DNA from: Malacoraja senta
Taxonomy: Eukaryota
Length of the DNA: 64,000 nucleotides
NCBI GenBank assembly: GCA_038087875.1
Contig: CM075991.1
Span: 1,550,001 to 1,614,000, forward strand
Reading direction: 5' to 3'
Shown here: positions 60,262 through 64,000 of the stretch, one piece after another
Layout: every line of letters starts with the position of its first letter
Numbering within the stretch: position 1 is the stretch's first letter
Notes under the pieces: model-generated
Told to the model about the DNA's origin: nothing
Databases searched by the model: none
What the model saw: the letters and a program-made list of their open reading frames with translations, nothing else
Position numbers and translations under genes: made by a program

Positions 60262-63027
60262 ACAATAGACAAAATGTGCAGGGGTAGGCCATTCGAGCCA
60301 GCAGCGCCATTCACTGTGATCATGGCTGATCATCCACCATCAGTACCCCATTCCTGCCTTCTCCCCATATCCCTTGACTCCGCTATCATTAAGAGCTCTA
60401 TCTAACTCTCTCCAGAAATCACCGGAGAATCGGCCTCCATTGCCTTTTGAGGCAGAGAATTCCACAGATTCACAACTCTCTGGTTGAAACGTTTTTCCTC
60501 GTCTCCATTCTAAATGGCCTACCCCTTATTCTTAAACTGTGGCCCCCTGGTTCTGCACCGCCCAACATTGGGAACATGTTTCCTGCCTCCAGCATGTCCA
60601 TTCCGTTAATAATCTTATATGATTCAATAAGATCCCCTCTCATCATTCTAAATTCCAGTGTTTATAAACCCAGTCGCTAAATTCTTTAAACATATGACAG
60701 GCATGCCATACCGGGAATTAACCTTGTGAACCTATGCTGCACTCCTTCAATAGTAAGAATGTTCTTCTTCAAATTTGGAGATCAAAACTGCACACAATAC
60801 TCCAGGTGTGGTCTCACTAGGGCCCTGTACAACTGCAGAAGGACCTCTTTCCTCCTATACTCACTCCTCTTGTTATGAAGGCCTACATGCCATTAGCTTT
60901 CTTCACTGTCTGCTGTACCTGCATGCTTACTTTCAGTGACTGATGTACAAGGACACCCAGATCTCGTTGCACTCCCACTTTTCGTAACTTGATACCATTC
61001 AGATAATAATCTGCCTTCCTGTTCTTGCCACCAAAGTGGATAATCGCACATTTATCCATAGTAAACTTGAATCTGCTATGCATCTGCCCACTCACCCAAT
61101 CTATCCAAGTCACCCTGCATCCTCATAGCCTCCTCCTCCTTACAGTTCACACTGCCACCCAGCTTTGTATCATCTGCAAATTTGTTAATGTTACTTTTAA
61201 ACCCTTCATCTAAATCATTAATGCATATTGTAAATAGCTGCGGTCCCAGCGCCGAGCCTTGCGGTACCCCACTAGTCACCACCTGCCATTCTGAAAGGGA
61301 TCCGTAATCCTGCTCTTTGTTTCCTATATGCCTACTAGGTTTATATCGATGTCAGTACCCTACCCCCAATACATGTGTTCTAATGTTGCCCACTAATCAC
61401 CTATGTGGGACCTTATCAAAGGCTTTCTGCAAGTCCAGGTACATTCCCTTGTCCATTTAACTAGTTACGTCTACAAAATTCCAGAAGATTAGTCAAGCAT
61501 GATTTCCCCTTCATAAATCCATGCTGACTCTGACCGATCCTGTTACTGCTATCCAAATGTGCCGTTATTTCATCTTTATAATTGACTCCAATGCCTTCCC
61601 CACCACTAACTGGTCTATAGTTTCCCCGTTTTCTCTCTCGCTCCTTTCCTGAAAAGTTGGATAACATTAGCTACCCTCCAATACACAGGAACTGACCCTG
61701 ATCTATAAAACATTGGAAAATGATCATCAATGCGTCCACGATTTCTAGAGCACCTCCTTAAGTACCCTGGGATGCAACCATCAGGCCCTTGAGATTTATC
61801 AGCCTTCAGTCCATCAGTCTACCCAATACCATTTCCTGCCTAATGTGAATTTCCTTCAGTTCCTCCGTCACCCTGGGACCTCTGGCCACTAGTACATCTG
61901 GGAGATTGGATCTGTCTTCACTAAGGAAGACACAAACAATGTACCTGTTCAACTCGTCTGCCATGTCCTTGTTCCCCATAATAAATTCACCTGTTTCTGT
62001 CTTCAAGGGACCCACATTTGTCTTAACTAATTTTTTACTCTTCACATACATAAAGACACTTTTACTATCTCCTTTATATTCTTTGCTAGCTTATCTTCGT
62101 ACCTCATCCTTTCTCCCCGTATTGCTTTTTACTTCTATTCTGTTGCTCTATAAAAGTTACCTAATCCTCTGGCTTCCAGCTCATCTTTCTATGTTGTACT
62201 TCTCTTTTACTTTTTTACTGTCCCTGACTTCCGTCAGCCACGGTCGCCCCTTACTCCCCTTAGAATCTTTCTTCCTCTTTGCAATGAACTGATCCTGCAC
62301 CTTCTGTATTATTCCCAGAAATACCTGCCATTGTTGTTCCACTCTCACCCTGCTAGGGTCTCTTTCCATTCAACTTTGGTCAGCATCCTCCCTCATGCCT
62401 CCATAGTCCCCCTTTGCGTATCTGTAATACCGACACTTCTGATTTTCCCTCCTCCCTCTCCAATTGAAAATTGTCAAACTTATCATATCATGGTCACTGC
62501 AGTACCTCCTAATTACTCCTTTACCTTGAGTTCCCTTTATCAAATCCGTTTAATTACACAACACTATATCCAGAATTGCCTTCTCCCTAGTAGCCTCCAG
62601 TAGAACCTGCTCTGAGAAACCATCTCGGAGGCACTCCACAAACTCCCTTTCTTCGGGTCCAGTACCAACCTGATTTTCCCAATCTACCTGCATGTTGAAA
62701 TCCTCATAACCACCGTAGCATTACCTTTACTACATGCCAACTTTAACTCTTGATGCAACTTGCACCTTATATCTAAGCTACTGTTTGGGGGGCTATAGAT
62801 AACTCCCATTAGCGTCTATTTTACCCTTAACTGACTCTACTTCTCCTGATTCTATGTCACCCCTCGCACTGGACTGAATTTCATTCCTTACCAACAGAGC
62901 TATCCCAAACCCTCTGCCCACCTGTCTGTTTTTTCGATAGGACGTATACCAGTTCCCTGCCCTGATCCTCTTGCAGTCATGTCTGTAATTCACACAACAT
63001 CAAACTTGTCAATCTCTAACTGAGCCT
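60262..63027 (-). mobile_element. CR1 LINE ORF2, degraded
   Basis: [37 protein letters not shown]; tail at the left end. Confidence 0.88.
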
Positions 63028-63227
63028 NNNNNNNNNNNNNNNNNNNNNNNNNNNNNNNNNNNNNNNNNNNNNNNNNNNNNNNNNNNNNNNNNNNNNNNNN
63101 NNNNNNNNNNNNNNNNNNNNNNNNNNNNNNNNNNNNNNNNNNNNNNNNNNNNNNNNNNNNNNNNNNNNNNNNNNNNNNNNNNNNNNNNNNNNNNNNNNNN
63201 NNNNNNNNNNNNNNNNNNNNNNNNNNN
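63028..63227. other. Assembly gap (200 N)
   Basis: Run of N. Confidence 1.
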
Positions 63228-63658
63228 TCCACGTTTTCTCTCTCGCTCCTTTCCTGAAAAGTTGGATAACATTAGCTACCCTCCAATACACAGGAACTGA
63301 CCCTGAATCTATAAAACATTGGAAAATGATCATCAATGCGTCCACGATTTCCAGAGCCACCTCCTTAGGTACCATGGGATGCAAACCATCAGGCCCTGGA
63401 GATTTATCAGCCTTCAGTCCCATCAATCTACCCAATACCATTTCCTGCCTAATGTGAATTTACTTCAGTTCCTCCGTCACCCTATGACCTCTGGCCACTA
63501 GTACATCTGGGAGATTGGATCTGTCTTCACTAAGGAAGACACAAACAATGTACCTGTTCATCTCGTCTGCCATGTCCTTGTTCCCTATAATAAATTCACC
63601 TGTTTCTGTCTTCAAGGGACCCACATTTGTCTTAACTAATTTTTTACTCTTCACATAC
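63228..63658 (-). repeat. Second copy of the CR1 segment at 61623-62051
   Basis: Near-identical sequence on the other side of the gap. Confidence 0.85.
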
Positions 63659-64000
63659 ATAGATACATAGATACATAGAAAATAGGTGCAGGAGTAGGCC
63701 ATTCGGCCCTTTGAGCCTGCACCGCCATTCAATATGATCATGGCTGATCATCCAACTCAGTATCCCGTACCTGCCTTCTCTCCAAACCCCCTGATCCCTT
63801 TAGCCACAAGGGCCACATCTAACTCCCTCTTAAATACAGCCAATGAACTGGCCTCAACTACCCTATGTGGCAGAGAGTTCCAGAGATTCACCACTCTCTG
63901 CGTGAAAATGTTTTTTCTCATCTCGGTCTTAAAGGATTTCCCCCTTATCCTTAAGCTGTGACCCCTTGTCCTGGACTTCCCCAACATCGGGAACAGTCTT
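63655..64000 (-). mobile_element. Young CR1 (HER1-type) 3' end
   Basis: (ATAGATAC)n tail; nearly identical to 10512-10850. Confidence 0.9.

Overview
Eukaryotic, repeat-dense genomic DNA, most likely from a cartilaginous fish (skate, ray or shark). This is inferred from HER1-type CR1 LINE tails, an HE1/V-SINE-type SINE and a GPCR type expanded in elasmobranchs. Most of the window is nested mobile DNA: CR1, L2, L1-clade and Rex1/Babar LINEs; Penelope-like elements whose tails carry minimal hammerhead-ribozyme motifs; a rearranged Ty3/Gypsy remnant; hAT- and PIF/Harbinger-type MITEs; and two non-autonomous Helitrons carrying satellite arrays. I could build one intact host gene, a two-exon 324-aa GPR139/GPR142-like orphan GPCR on the minus strand (44130-44064 + 40582-39675). 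The ORF track misses two host-gene fragments, an Ig V-set exon (36977-37157) and a copper amine oxidase fragment (51667-51879). There are also two promoter-like CpG-rich regions. A 200-N gap lies at 63028-63227. All assignments are by eye, no database search was run, and element boundaries without a TSD are approximate.
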